From Serratia sp. H1w (GTDB lineage Bacteria > Pseudomonadota > Gammaproteobacteria > Enterobacterales > Enterobacteriaceae): a DNA stretch of 40,000 nt. Of this stretch, positions 9,711 to 18,071 are shown one piece after another. The stretch is taken from positions 148,658-188,657 of the forward strand of contig NZ_AYMQ01000056.1 of assembly GCF_000633355.1 (NCBI RefSeq), written 5' to 3'. Every line of letters begins with the position of its first letter. The first letter of the stretch is position 1. A program made the position numbers and the translations under genes. Below the pieces are notes generated by a model, which was not told the DNA's origin, ran no database searches, and saw only the letters and a list, made by a program, of their open reading frames with translations.

Positions 9711-10901
9711 TTACATCACCCGACACGCAAACCCTTTCAGATACAAGCCTTCAGGATAAGTCGCAATCACCGGGTGATCCGCAGCCTGGCGGAACTGCTC
9801 TACAAATTGTACATCACGCCCGGCATCTACAGCGGCATCGGCCAAAATTTTCTGGAACAAATCGGTTGGCATCAGGCCCGAGCAGGAGAAGCTGAGCAGA
9901 ATGCCGCCTGGATTCAGCAACTGGAAGGCTAACATGTTGATGTCTTTATATCCGCGACAGGCGCTGGCCAACTGATTTTTGTTTTCGACAAACTTCGGTG
10001 GGTCCATGATGATCAGGTCGAATTTCTCACCCTGCGTGCGATAGGCGCGCAGCAGCTGGAACACGTCATCACGCACAAACTCGGCCTTGCTCAAATCCAA
10101 CTGGTTGAGTTCGACGTTTTGCTTGGCGATGTCCAGCGCGGCCTGAGAAGTATCTACGCTAATCACTTGTTCACAGCCGCCCATCAACGCAGACACGGCA
10201 AAAGCGCCGGTGTACGAGAAGCAGTTGAGCACACGACGGCCTGCGGAATAGTTGCGCGCCGCCAGGCGGCTGTCACGCTGGTCGAGATAAAAACCGGTCT
10301 TGTGGCCTTGTTGAATGTCCACCAGCAGTTTCATACCATGCTCGGTGATCGGCAGCAGTGCCGGGGGCAGATCGCCCAGTACCGGGCCTTGGGTGAGCGG
10401 CAAGCCTTCTTTCTTACGTACCGCAACGTCTGAACGATCGTAGATCGCGCAGTCTGGGTAGCAGTGCTGGAGAGCAGAAAGCAGCGGGGCGCGCTGATAT
10501 TCGGCACCGGCGGACAATAACTGCAAAACCAGGAAGTTCTGGAAACGATCGATGGTGATCCCCGGCATACCGTCGGATTCACCGGCTATCAGACGATACC
10601 CGTCCAATCCGTCACGCTTGGCGACCCAATCGCGCCAGCTTTGTGCCTGCTGCAAACGACTGACAAAGAACGCGATATCGATCTCTTCGTCTTGCTTGAA
10701 GGTCCAGACGCGTGCGCGGATTTGTGATTCTGGTGAGTAGGCCCCGCGTGCCAGCCATTTACCTTGGCTGTCATGGATATCGATGGTTTCGCCCGACTGG
10801 GCTTTACCTTCAACGCGGAGAACAGCGCCAGAGAAAATCCACGGATGGCGACGGAGTAAGGACTTTTCACGTCCTTTGGCAAGGATCAAGCGTGCGGTCA
10901 T
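9711..10901 (-). CDS. rlmI: 23S rRNA m5C1962 methyltransferase RlmI
   Basis: The 396-aa protein reads [27 protein letters not shown]..., with a PUA-like N-terminus and the SAM-MTase motifs [16 protein letters not shown] and [11 protein letters not shown]. It is colinear with E. coli RlmI (YccW). Confidence 0.95.
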   Translation of the reverse strand: MTARLILAKGREKSLLRRHPWIFSGAVLRVEGKAQSGETIDIHDSQGKWLARGAYSPESQIRARVWTFKQDEEIDIAFFVSRLQQAQSWRDWVAKRDGLDGYRLIAGESDGMPGITIDRFQNFLVLQLLSAGAEYQRAPLLSALQHCYPDCAIYDRSDVAVRKKEGLPLTQGPVLGDLPPALLPITEHGMKLLVDIQQGHKTGFYLDQRDSRLAARNYSAGRRVLNCFSYTGAFAVSALMGGCEQVISVDTSQAALDIAKQNVELNQLDLSKAEFVRDDVFQLLRAYRTQGEKFDLIIMDPPKFVENKNQLASACRGYKDINMLAFQLLNPGGILLSFSCSGLMPTDLFQKILADAAVDAGRDVQFVEQFRQAADHPVIATYPEGLYLKGFACRVM

Positions 10902-10993
10902 AATTAAGTATGCTGCCAGATAGAGAAAAAGAGTGACACACTCTGGGCATCAGCGCAGAGAATGCCTGTAATGAAATCGATTAGGAGCCGATT

Positions 10994-11272
10994 ATGACAC
11001 AAGTTTGTATTGCCGCGTATGTCTATGGTGTGGTGCAGGGCGTGGGATTTCGCTATAGCACCCAACATCAGGCCACCGCTTTGGGGCTGACCGGTTTTGC
11101 ACGTAATCTGGATGACGGCAGCGTGGAAGTGCTGGCCTGCGGGGATCAACAGGCGGTTGATCAACTAATGGCGTGGCTGAAAAACGGCGGCCCACGCAGC
11201 GCCCGCGTTGATCGCGTGCTGGTGGAACCGCGTGGCGTCGCCGAGTATAAGGGCTTCAGTATTCGCTACTAA
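10994..11272 (+). CDS. yccX: Acylphosphatase
   Basis: The 92-aa protein carries the acylphosphatase signature [14 protein letters not shown]...[16 protein letters not shown]...GGPRSARV. Confidence 0.93.
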   Translation: MTQVCIAAYVYGVVQGVGFRYSTQHQATALGLTGFARNLDDGSVEVLACGDQQAVDQLMAWLKNGGPRSARVDRVLVEPRGVAEYKGFSIRY

Positions 11273-11279
11273 ACCGCAG

Positions 11280-11609
11280 CTAGATACACTTCACCGGCTT
11301 TGGCAACCCGGCGATCTTGGTTGCCTGTTTGGCCGGGCCTTTAGGGAACAGACGATACAGGTAACGGCTGCTGCCTTTCTCTTCGCCATACTTTTGCGCC
11401 ATTGCCTTTACCAGCATGCGAATGGCTGGCGAGGTATTAAATTCCTGATAGAAGCTACGCACAAAGCGAACAACTTCCCAGTGCGCTTCGCTCAGTTCAA
11501 TCTCTTCCTGTGCCGCTAACAGGGGGGCAAGCCCTTCGTGCCAGTCGGCGCTGTTTTTCAGGTAGCCCTGGGCGTCAGTTTCAATCGTCTGACCTTCAAA
11601 CTCCAACAT
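11280..11609 (-). CDS. tusE: Sulfurtransferase TusE (DsrC family)
   Basis: The 109-aa protein has [67 protein letters not shown], nearly identical to the E. coli TusE C-terminus. Confidence 0.95.
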   Translation of the reverse strand: MLEFEGQTIETDAQGYLKNSADWHEGLAPLLAAQEEIELSEAHWEVVRFVRSFYQEFNTSPAIRMLVKAMAQKYGEEKGSSRYLYRLFPKGPAKQATKIAGLPKPVKCI

Positions 11610-11668
11610 ACAGCCTCGGTGATCGGTGATTCATTGCGGGCCACAGTCTAGCAAACTTTTGCGCTGGC

Positions 11669-11695
11669 AAAAATAAAGCCCCGCATTGCGGGGCT
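11669..11695 (-). terminator. Rho-independent terminator of yccA
   Basis: The minus strand reads AGCCCCGCA-A-TGCGGGGCT followed by TTATTTTT, about 25 nt after the yccA stop. Confidence 0.8.
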
Positions 11696-11719
11696 CAGGT
11701 CAATACCAAACGCGATGTA

Positions 11720-12379
11720 TCAGTTGCTGCGGGCGAAGCCCAGAATGCTCAGCAGGCTGATAAACATGTTGTACAGCGAGACATACAGGCTGACGGTAGC
11801 ACGGATATAGTTGGTCTCACCGCCATGAATGATGTTGCTGGTTTCCCACAGCATGGCACCGGCAGAGAACAGAATAAACAGTGCGCTAATGGCCAGGTGC
11901 AGCGCAGGGATCTGCAGGAACAGGTTAGCGATAACCGCCACCAGCAGCACCACGAAGCCCGCCATCATCATGCCAGACAGGAACGACATGTCTTTACGGG
12001 TAGTCAGCACATAAGCCGAACAGCAGAAGAACACCACTGCGGTACCGCCCAACGCCAGCATGATCAGGTCACCCGCGCCAGCATTCAGGAACGAGCTCAG
12101 GATCGGGCCAAGGGCATAACCCATAAAACCGGTGAAGGCGAAGGCCGCCAGAATACCGGCAGGGCTATTAGCCAACTTATGGGTCAGGAACATCAAGCCA
12201 TAAAAACCGACCAGCATTAACAGCAGCCCAGGCGCCGGTAAGCCCAGCATGGTGCTGGCGGTTGCGGTCAGCGCTGAAAAGGCCAGCGTTAACGACAGCA
12301 GGAAATAGGTGTTACGCAAGACTTTATGCGTGCTTAGCAACGAGTCGCGCGAGGAGGATGAGACGACAATGCGGTCCAT
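11720..12379 (-). CDS. yccA: BAX-inhibitor-1 family membrane protein YccA (FtsH modulator)
   Basis: The 219-aa protein has 7 predicted TM segments and reads [20 protein letters not shown]...[24 protein letters not shown]. It sits in the conserved position next to serT. Confidence 0.93.
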   Translation of the reverse strand: MDRIVVSSSSRDSLLSTHKVLRNTYFLLSLTLAFSALTATASTMLGLPAPGLLLMLVGFYGLMFLTHKLANSPAGILAAFAFTGFMGYALGPILSSFLNAGAGDLIMLALGGTAVVFFCCSAYVLTTRKDMSFLSGMMMAGFVVLLVAVIANLFLQIPALHLAISALFILFSAGAMLWETSNIIHGGETNYIRATVSLYVSLYNMFISLLSILGFARSN

Positions 12380-12566
12380 ATGATCTCTCTTATCAGGTCA
12401 TCACAAAATTGATCACGATCATAATCTAATGCAAGCCATTGATTAAAGATTGTTTACCATTCTTTACCCTACGTGATTATTGGGATATTGGTGAAGCTGG
12501 ATTGCCGATTTCTTCAGCGGTCAGCGCGCAGATGCCGTTTTTTCGTTCGGTTGAACGGTTTCAGGC

Positions 12567-12595
12567 TTTACAACCGGATCGGCTGTGTTTATAGT
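12567..12595 (+). promoter_or_regulatory. Candidate sigma70 promoter of tRNA-Ser
   Basis: TTTACA (12567..12572) - 17 nt - TATAGT (12590..12595) is followed by a GC-rich discriminator (TCGCTGC). The tRNA 5' end lies 12 nt after the -10 element. Confidence 0.6.
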
Positions 12596-12607
12596 TCGCT
12601 GCATTAC

Positions 12608-12695
12608 GGAGGGGTGGCCGAGTGGCTGAAGGCAACGGTCTTGAAAACCGTCGACGGGAAACCGTTCCAGAGTTCGAATCTCTGCTCCTCCGCCA
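12608..12695 (+). tRNA. serT: tRNA-Ser (anticodon UGA), class II long variable arm, encoded CCA
   Basis: GGAGGGGTGGCCGAGTGGCTGAAGGCAACGGTCTTGAAAACCGTCGACGGGAAACCGTTCCAGAGTTCGAATCTCTGCTCCTCCGCCA folds as a cloverleaf. The acceptor stem is GGAGGGG/CTCCTCC with one G-U pair. The anticodon stem ACGGT/ACCGT carries the loop CT-TGA-AA, and the T-arm is CAGAG-TTCGAAT-CTCTG. It closely parallels E. coli serT. Confidence 0.95.
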
Positions 12696-12706
12696 TATTA
12701 AGAATG

Positions 12707-12737
12707 ACCCCAAGCTCACAAGGCTTGGGGTTTTTCG
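12707..12737 (+). terminator. Rho-independent terminator after tRNA-Ser
   Basis: ACCCCAAGC-TCACAAG-GCTTGGGG is followed by TTTTTCGTTTT. Confidence 0.8.
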
Positions 12738-12835
12738 TTTTGTGGCTGCCTGAAACGGTTTGCACGACACTCCACGGTACCGTTACTCCACCAACTGATG
12801 ATTGCAGACACATCGTTTTCCCTCCCTACGACCCC

Positions 12836-14002
12836 TTATCCTTCGCTTGGCCAGTGCCATGCGGGGCTATCCAATAGACCTTGTCCCTTAATCCTGGTTT
12901 GTCCCAACTCTTTTTGCAGCTCTAGGGATTGACACTCTGGATGATCTACAAGCGCGTTAACCAGCCGGTTAGCATGCGAGATAACCCAAATTTGCGAATG
13001 TTGTGATGCCTGTAAAATTAACCTTGCCAAGGCAGGCAACAGATCGGGATGCAGGCTGGTTTCTGGCTCATTGAGTACCATGAGTTCGGGAGGACGTGGT
13101 GTCAGTAGCGCGGCGACCCAGAGAATGAACCGTAGCGTACCGTCGGACAACTCAGCACCGGATAAGGGGCGGAGCAAACCTTTCTGGTGAAACGCCAGCG
13201 AAAAGCGGCCGTCGTTATGGGCGATGACTTCCAACTGGCAGCCGGGAAAGGCGTCGTCAATGGCGGCAGCGAGCGCGTGAGGATCGCCTATTTCGATAAT
13301 GGTTTGTATCGCGGCGGCAAGATCCCGCCCGTCATGGTGAAGTATGGGCGATCGTGTACCCAGTTGGATTTGGCGGGCAGGGGCTTCCCTATCGGTGCGG
13401 AAATGATCGTAGAAACGCCAGTTGCGGATCATTTCGCGAACATGGAACACCTCCGGGGCCGAGATGGGGTCGGCCAACTGGTCAAACATACTGCCATAAA
13501 CGGGGACATGCTGAGAGGCAACCTGCCATTGCCTACCTGACCGTACTTTAATGGCATTGCCTTTACGTTCAACGAGAGAGGAGGCAGGGCGATAATAGGC
13601 ACCATTAAAAATGGCTTCGCATTTGATCTCGGGGTCACGAGAAAATGCAGAATGGGAAGGCGTAGGTAGCCCCAAGGTAATGGCGTAGCCAAAACTTTCG
13701 CTGGCGAACCCCAGCTTGAGCCGTAAGGTGTGATTGCGTTGTTGCCCTTCTATGGGTGTATCGCCGCGGCGCATGCCCGAAGTGATGCTTTCCGGGCCCG
13801 CCCAGTACGTTGACCCCAGTCCACCTTCCTCTGCCAATGAGTTGATGACACCGCCTTTTGCCGTTTCTGCCAACAAACGCAAGGCTTTGTATAGATTCGA
13901 TTTCCCGCTGCCATTTTCACCCGTGATAACATTCAGACGGCCCAATGGAATGGTGAGGTCACGAATAGAGCGATAGTTGGCAATCGAAAGGGAAGTCAGC
14001 AT
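12836..14002 (-). CDS. Solitary SMC/ABC-type (AAA_21/COG4637-like) ATPase, function unknown
   Basis: MLTSLSIANYRSIRDLTIPLGRLNVITGENGSGKSNLYKALRLL is an SMC/RecF-like N-terminus with Walker A GENGSGKS. Further motifs are a signature-like LSGAELSDGTLRF, a Walker-B-like LMVLNEPETSLHPDLL and an H-loop IWVISHAN. The start is set at ATG 14002 (388 aa). No partner gene lies on the same strand. Confidence 0.8.
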   Translation of the reverse strand: MLTSLSIANYRSIRDLTIPLGRLNVITGENGSGKSNLYKALRLLAETAKGGVINSLAEEGGLGSTYWAGPESITSGMRRGDTPIEGQQRNHTLRLKLGFASESFGYAITLGLPTPSHSAFSRDPEIKCEAIFNGAYYRPASSLVERKGNAIKVRSGRQWQVASQHVPVYGSMFDQLADPISAPEVFHVREMIRNWRFYDHFRTDREAPARQIQLGTRSPILHHDGRDLAAAIQTIIEIGDPHALAAAIDDAFPGCQLEVIAHNDGRFSLAFHQKGLLRPLSGAELSDGTLRFILWVAALLTPRPPELMVLNEPETSLHPDLLPALARLILQASQHSQIWVISHANRLVNALVDHPECQSLELQKELGQTRIKGQGLLDSPAWHWPSEG

Positions 14003-14289
14003 GGTGTTTTTTCTCCGGCGGGTAAAACGCAAGTTCCTGGGTTACAGGGCCTGCATCGGGTGTGCTGCACGATCGGTATGATAGCCCGGCAGACAGACGG
14101 GATATTACCAGTTGTCCAATCCAACCTAAAAACGGTTTTCTGACCTATAGTTTGAGCGAGCACTGGCAAGCAGTATTGAACCTGTTGGTCAGGCGTTGCT
14201 CTGTTAGGGAATGGAATAATCAGCAACTTGAGTTAACCACGGCCCGAGCCTACTGGCGGGGAAGATTGATACAATAGTCGAGGTTTAAG

Positions 14290-14868
14290 ATGGAAGAAAA
14301 AACGGAAATAACGACTCCTCAGCGTGATGGCTTCCTGGATGAGAGAACCTTCAAATCGCGCACTATCCTGCTGTTTGGGCAAATCAACGATACGTTGGCC
14401 TACAACGTCGTCAAACAACTTGTCGCGCTGTCCGACGAGTCTTCCGCGCCGATCAATTTCCTGATTTGTTCACCGGGCGGCCATGTGGAGTCGGGCGACG
14501 TGATCCACGATGTCATCCGCTTTATTAGCGCCCCGGTCAATATGATTGGTAGCGGCTGGGTAGGCAGTGCTGCGGTTAATGTGTTCTTATCCGTGCCAAA
14601 GGAACGTCGCTTCTGCCTGACCAATACGCGTTTTCTGATCCATCAACCGAGTGGCGGCATTGGCGGCCAGGCCACCGATGTGGCGTTGCAGGCAAAAGAA
14701 ATTATTCGTATCCGGGAGAGGATTGCTAAGTTGATCGCCAAGGAAACCGGGCAGAAGCTGGAAAAAGTCCTGAACGATATCGATCGCGATTTTTGGATGC
14801 CGGTGGCTGAGGCGATCGACTATGGTCTGGTATCAAAAGTCATTGTCAGCGAGAAAGAAATAGCCTAA
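14290..14868 (+). CDS. Orphan ClpP-like serine peptidase (S14 family paralog)
   Basis: The 192-aa protein aligns by eye with E. coli ClpP over its whole core: ILLFGQINDTLAYNVVKQLVAL / INFLICSPGGHVESGDVIHDVIRFI / IGSGWVGSAAV / RFCLTNTRFLIHQPSGG..GQATDV / DIDRDFWM..EAIDYGLV. The Ser (GS-AA), His (IHQP) and Asp (DRDF) triad positions are all present. GAGG lies 6 nt upstream of the ATG. Confidence 0.85.
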   Translation: MEEKTEITTPQRDGFLDERTFKSRTILLFGQINDTLAYNVVKQLVALSDESSAPINFLICSPGGHVESGDVIHDVIRFISAPVNMIGSGWVGSAAVNVFLSVPKERRFCLTNTRFLIHQPSGGIGGQATDVALQAKEIIRIRERIAKLIAKETGQKLEKVLNDIDRDFWMPVAEAIDYGLVSKVIVSEKEIA

Positions 14869-15175
14869 TCACCGTGTAATCACCCGCCAAACCGCCCGCA
14901 GGCTGTTTTACCGCACATTTTCATACATCGACCTCCAACCCCGTTGCTTCGCAGCGGGGGTATGGCTCAAGGCTGCGCATCGAACAATGAGAGGTAAAAG
15001 GTGACGGTTTGTGACCCGAATCACTGGCCAGTGTAAGCGCTGACAGCGTTTTCTTTCGATTCTGCATGTTAATCATATGATAACAGAACGTTAATGCATA
15101 GATGGCGGTAAAACACTGTGCTAGGATGACTGACCAGTATCTCTGGCACCGCCTCCAACCTGAAAGGATATAGCT

Positions 15176-16138
15176 ATGTATTTGAATAATAAAAATATTG
15201 TTGTAGCCCTTGCCGCCGCCTTATTTGCAGTTAGCAGTTACGCAGCAACGCCGAAATCGGTGGCGATCCTCTCTATTGTTGACCACCCGGCACTGGATGC
15301 CACCCGTGATGGGGTGATTGATGAGCTAAAGGCTGCGGGTTATGACCAGGATAAGGTCAAGATCCAATTCCAAAGCGCCCAGGGAAATACGGCCACCGCC
15401 GGGCAGATTGCGCGTAAATTTATCGGTGATAAACCTGATGCGATAGTGGCGATTTCAACGCCTGCTGCCCAGTCAGTGGTGGCGGCAACCAAGACCATCC
15501 CGGTGGTGTTTACTACCGTTACCGATCCGGTGGCGGCCAAACTGGTTAGCAGTTGGCAGCCGAGTGGGACCAACGTTACCGGCGTCTCAGACAGCGTTGC
15601 CATCGGCCCGCAGGTTGATCTGATCTTGCAGGTTAAGCCCGATGCCAAACGCGTGGGCATGGTCTTCAGCCCAGGGGAAATCAACTCGACGGTGGTGGTC
15701 AAGGAACTGAAAGAGGAATTGACCAAACGCGGGATGACACTGGTTGAAGCTCCTGCTGCACGTACCATCGACGTGGCCCCGGCCGCCAAAAGTCTGGTGG
15801 GTAAAGTCGATGTGATCTACACCAATACCGATAACAACGTGATCTCTACCTACGAGTCACTGGTCGGCATTGCCAATCAGGCTAAAATCCCGTTGATCGC
15901 TGGTGACAACAGCGTTGCCAAACGCGGTGCGGCAGCGGCATTGGGGATGAGCTATTACGATCTGGGCCGCCAGACCGGGAAGATTGTCGTCCGTCTGTTG
16001 GATGGTGAAAAGCCTGGTACTATCGCACCTGAAGTCGGCAGCAAGCTCAGCCTGAGCGTGAACCCTGCCGCTGCCCAGAAACAGGGCGTGACTCTGCCAG
16101 CGGAACTGGTGCAATCGGCACAGGAAGTCATTAAGTAA
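15176..16138 (+). CDS. ABC transporter periplasmic substrate-binding protein (COG2984 / ABC_sub_bind-type, substrate unknown)
   Basis: The MYLNNKNIVVALAAALFAVSSYAA signal peptide is followed by VAILSIVDHPALDATRDGVIDELKAAGY...IVAISTPAAQ, typical of this uncharacterised SBP family. It is the first gene of a 3-gene ABC module. Confidence 0.85.
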   Translation: MYLNNKNIVVALAAALFAVSSYAATPKSVAILSIVDHPALDATRDGVIDELKAAGYDQDKVKIQFQSAQGNTATAGQIARKFIGDKPDAIVAISTPAAQSVVAATKTIPVVFTTVTDPVAAKLVSSWQPSGTNVTGVSDSVAIGPQVDLILQVKPDAKRVGMVFSPGEINSTVVVKELKEELTKRGMTLVEAPAARTIDVAPAAKSLVGKVDVIYTNTDNNVISTYESLVGIANQAKIPLIAGDNSVAKRGAAAALGMSYYDLGRQTGKIVVRLLDGEKPGTIAPEVGSKLSLSVNPAAAQKQGVTLPAELVQSAQEVIK

Positions 16139-16218
16139 CGATCTGCGTCGAATGATGGTTTACACCGGGTGTGAATGGCCTGCCGTATGTGGCAGGCCAG
16201 AATGTTTATGAGGTCCGC

Positions 16219-17121
16219 ATGTCGTTAATTTCCCTGATGGGAGCTTTGGAGATTGGCCTGATCTTTGCGCTGGTAGCGCTGGGCGTGTTGATCTCTTTTC
16301 GCTTGCTCAATTTCCCCGATCTGACGGCCGATGGCAGTTTCCCTTTAGGGGGCGCGGTTGCTGCCGTCATGATTGTCAGCGGTTATAACCCCTGGCTCGC
16401 CTGTTTGCTGGCGGCTATCGCCGGTGCTGGTGCGGGCTGTTTAACGGCCTGGCTGCACGTGCGGCTCGGTATTTTGCAGCTGTTAGCCAGTATCTTGGTG
16501 ATGATAGCCCTGTATTCCATCAACTTGCGGATTATGGGCGCACCCAACCTGGCTCTGATTGGCTTACCCAGCGTTTTCACACCTTTCATCAGTCAGGTTG
16601 AGGACAATGCCTGGCTGATCCAACCGCTATTACTGCTGGTGGTGGTCGTTGTCGTCAAACTGGCGCTCGACGCATTTCTGACGTCCGAAGTGGGACTTGC
16701 GCTGCGGGCAACCGGAGCGAATCCGCGCATGGCACGTGCTCAAGGGATTGCGACCAGTCGGCTGACGGTGATCGGCATGGCCGTGTCCAACGCGCTGATT
16801 GCATTGGCGGGGGCGCTGTATGTGCAGACGCAGGGGGGGGCGGATATCTCGATGGGGATCGGCACCATCGTCGTTGGGCTGGCGGCGGTAATCATCGGTG
16901 AAACGCTGTTGCCTGCCCGTAGTCTGTACCTGATCACCTTGGCGACCCTGCTAGGGGCATTACTGTATCGCCTGATGATTGCTCTGGCCCTGAACGCCGA
17001 CTTCATTGGCCTGCAAGCGCAGGACCTGAATCTGATCACCGCGCTGCTGGTCACGCTGGCGCTGATCCTGCCGAAGTTGAAACAAAAACTGAAAAACAGG
17101 CGAAGGAGGCAGCCATCATGA
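16219..17121 (+). CDS. ABC transporter permease (COG4120-type)
   Basis: The protein is hydrophobic throughout (about 8-9 TM segments) and reads MSLISLMGALEIGLIFALVALGVLISFRLLNFPDLTADGSFPLGGAV. The start is set at ATG 16219 with a GAGG upstream. The stop overlaps the next ATG (ATGA). Confidence 0.85.
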   Translation: MSLISLMGALEIGLIFALVALGVLISFRLLNFPDLTADGSFPLGGAVAAVMIVSGYNPWLACLLAAIAGAGAGCLTAWLHVRLGILQLLASILVMIALYSINLRIMGAPNLALIGLPSVFTPFISQVEDNAWLIQPLLLLVVVVVVKLALDAFLTSEVGLALRATGANPRMARAQGIATSRLTVIGMAVSNALIALAGALYVQTQGGADISMGIGTIVVGLAAVIIGETLLPARSLYLITLATLLGALLYRLMIALALNADFIGLQAQDLNLITALLVTLALILPKLKQKLKNRRRRQPS

Positions 17122-17912
17122 TGCGCGCCGAGCAACTGTTTAAAACCTTCAACCCCGGTACTCCGCTGGAGAATCCGGTATTACGTGGCTTATCGCTCGA
17201 TATCGAGGCCGGGCAGTTTGTGACGGTTATCGGCAGCAATGGGGCAGGGAAGTCTACGCTGCTCAATGCGGTCAGCGGTGATATTACGCCCGATCGCGGC
17301 CGGCTGTTTATCGGCGATCAGGACGTAACCCTGATGCCCGCCTGGCGCCGTGCCGGTATGGTCGCACGAGTTTTTCAGGATCCGCTGGCAGGCACCTGTG
17401 AGGGGCTAAGCATTGAAGAGAATCTGGCCTTGGCGCTCCAGCGTGGTCAATCCCGGGGATTTCAGCGCGCCGTCAAGAGCAAACAGCGGCAGCTGTTCCG
17501 CGACAAGTTGGCTACGTTGGAACTGGGGCTGGAGAATCGCTTAGGGGATCACATGGGGCTGCTTTCTGGCGGGCAGCGTCAGGCGGTCAGCCTGCTGATG
17601 GCCTCGCTGCAACCTTCTCGTTTGTTGTTACTGGATGAACATACCGCCGCGCTCGATCCTAAAACGGCGGCCTTTGTCTTGGCGCTGACCGACCGTATTG
17701 TCGCCGAGCAGCAATTGACCGTGCTGATGGTCACGCACTCTATGCGTCAAGCTCTGGATCACGGTCATCGAACCGTGATGCTGCACCAGGGCCGGGTGGT
17801 GCTGGATGTGGTGGGTGAGCAGCGGGCGAATATGCAGGTCACCGATCTGCTGGCGATGTTTGAAAAAACACGCGGCGAAAAGCTGGATGATGATGGGTTG
17901 CTGCTGAGCTGA
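17118..17912 (+). CDS. ABC transporter ATP-binding protein (COG1101-type)
   Basis: The protein carries Walker A GSNGAGKST, signature LSGGQRQ, Walker B LLLLDEHTAALD and an H-loop VTHSM. A 4-nt overlap with the permease gene indicates translational coupling. Confidence 0.9.
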   Translation: MMRAEQLFKTFNPGTPLENPVLRGLSLDIEAGQFVTVIGSNGAGKSTLLNAVSGDITPDRGRLFIGDQDVTLMPAWRRAGMVARVFQDPLAGTCEGLSIEENLALALQRGQSRGFQRAVKSKQRQLFRDKLATLELGLENRLGDHMGLLSGGQRQAVSLLMASLQPSRLLLLDEHTAALDPKTAAFVLALTDRIVAEQQLTVLMVTHSMRQALDHGHRTVMLHQGRVVLDVVGEQRANMQVTDLLAMFEKTRGEKLDDDGLLLS

Positions 17913-18071
17913 GACGCACAACATGGGGGCTCCGTCATTGCCCCCACCATTGCTGAATAAAACCGCAAAAACAACGGTTTTGGCATAACCTGAGAGCAAT
18001 TGGTTATTTGCCTGGCTTCTCCGTCCGTGCTGAGATCGCTGCCTGATAAAAAGTCAAACAAGGCTACTTTC

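Noticed and set aside
12473-12877. Three ORFs of 69-134 aa overlapping the tRNA-Ser gene on both strands
   Set aside because: They run through a canonical tRNA, its promoter and its terminator, with no independent coding evidence.
13996-14277. ORFs of 71 and 76 aa in the divergent ATPase/ClpP-like intergenic region, and a TGaTACAAT extended -10 at 14267..14275
   Set aside because: The ORFs overlap each other on opposite strands and have no SD sequence or motifs. The -10 candidate would leave a leader too short to include the ClpP-like gene's GAGG ribosome-binding site.
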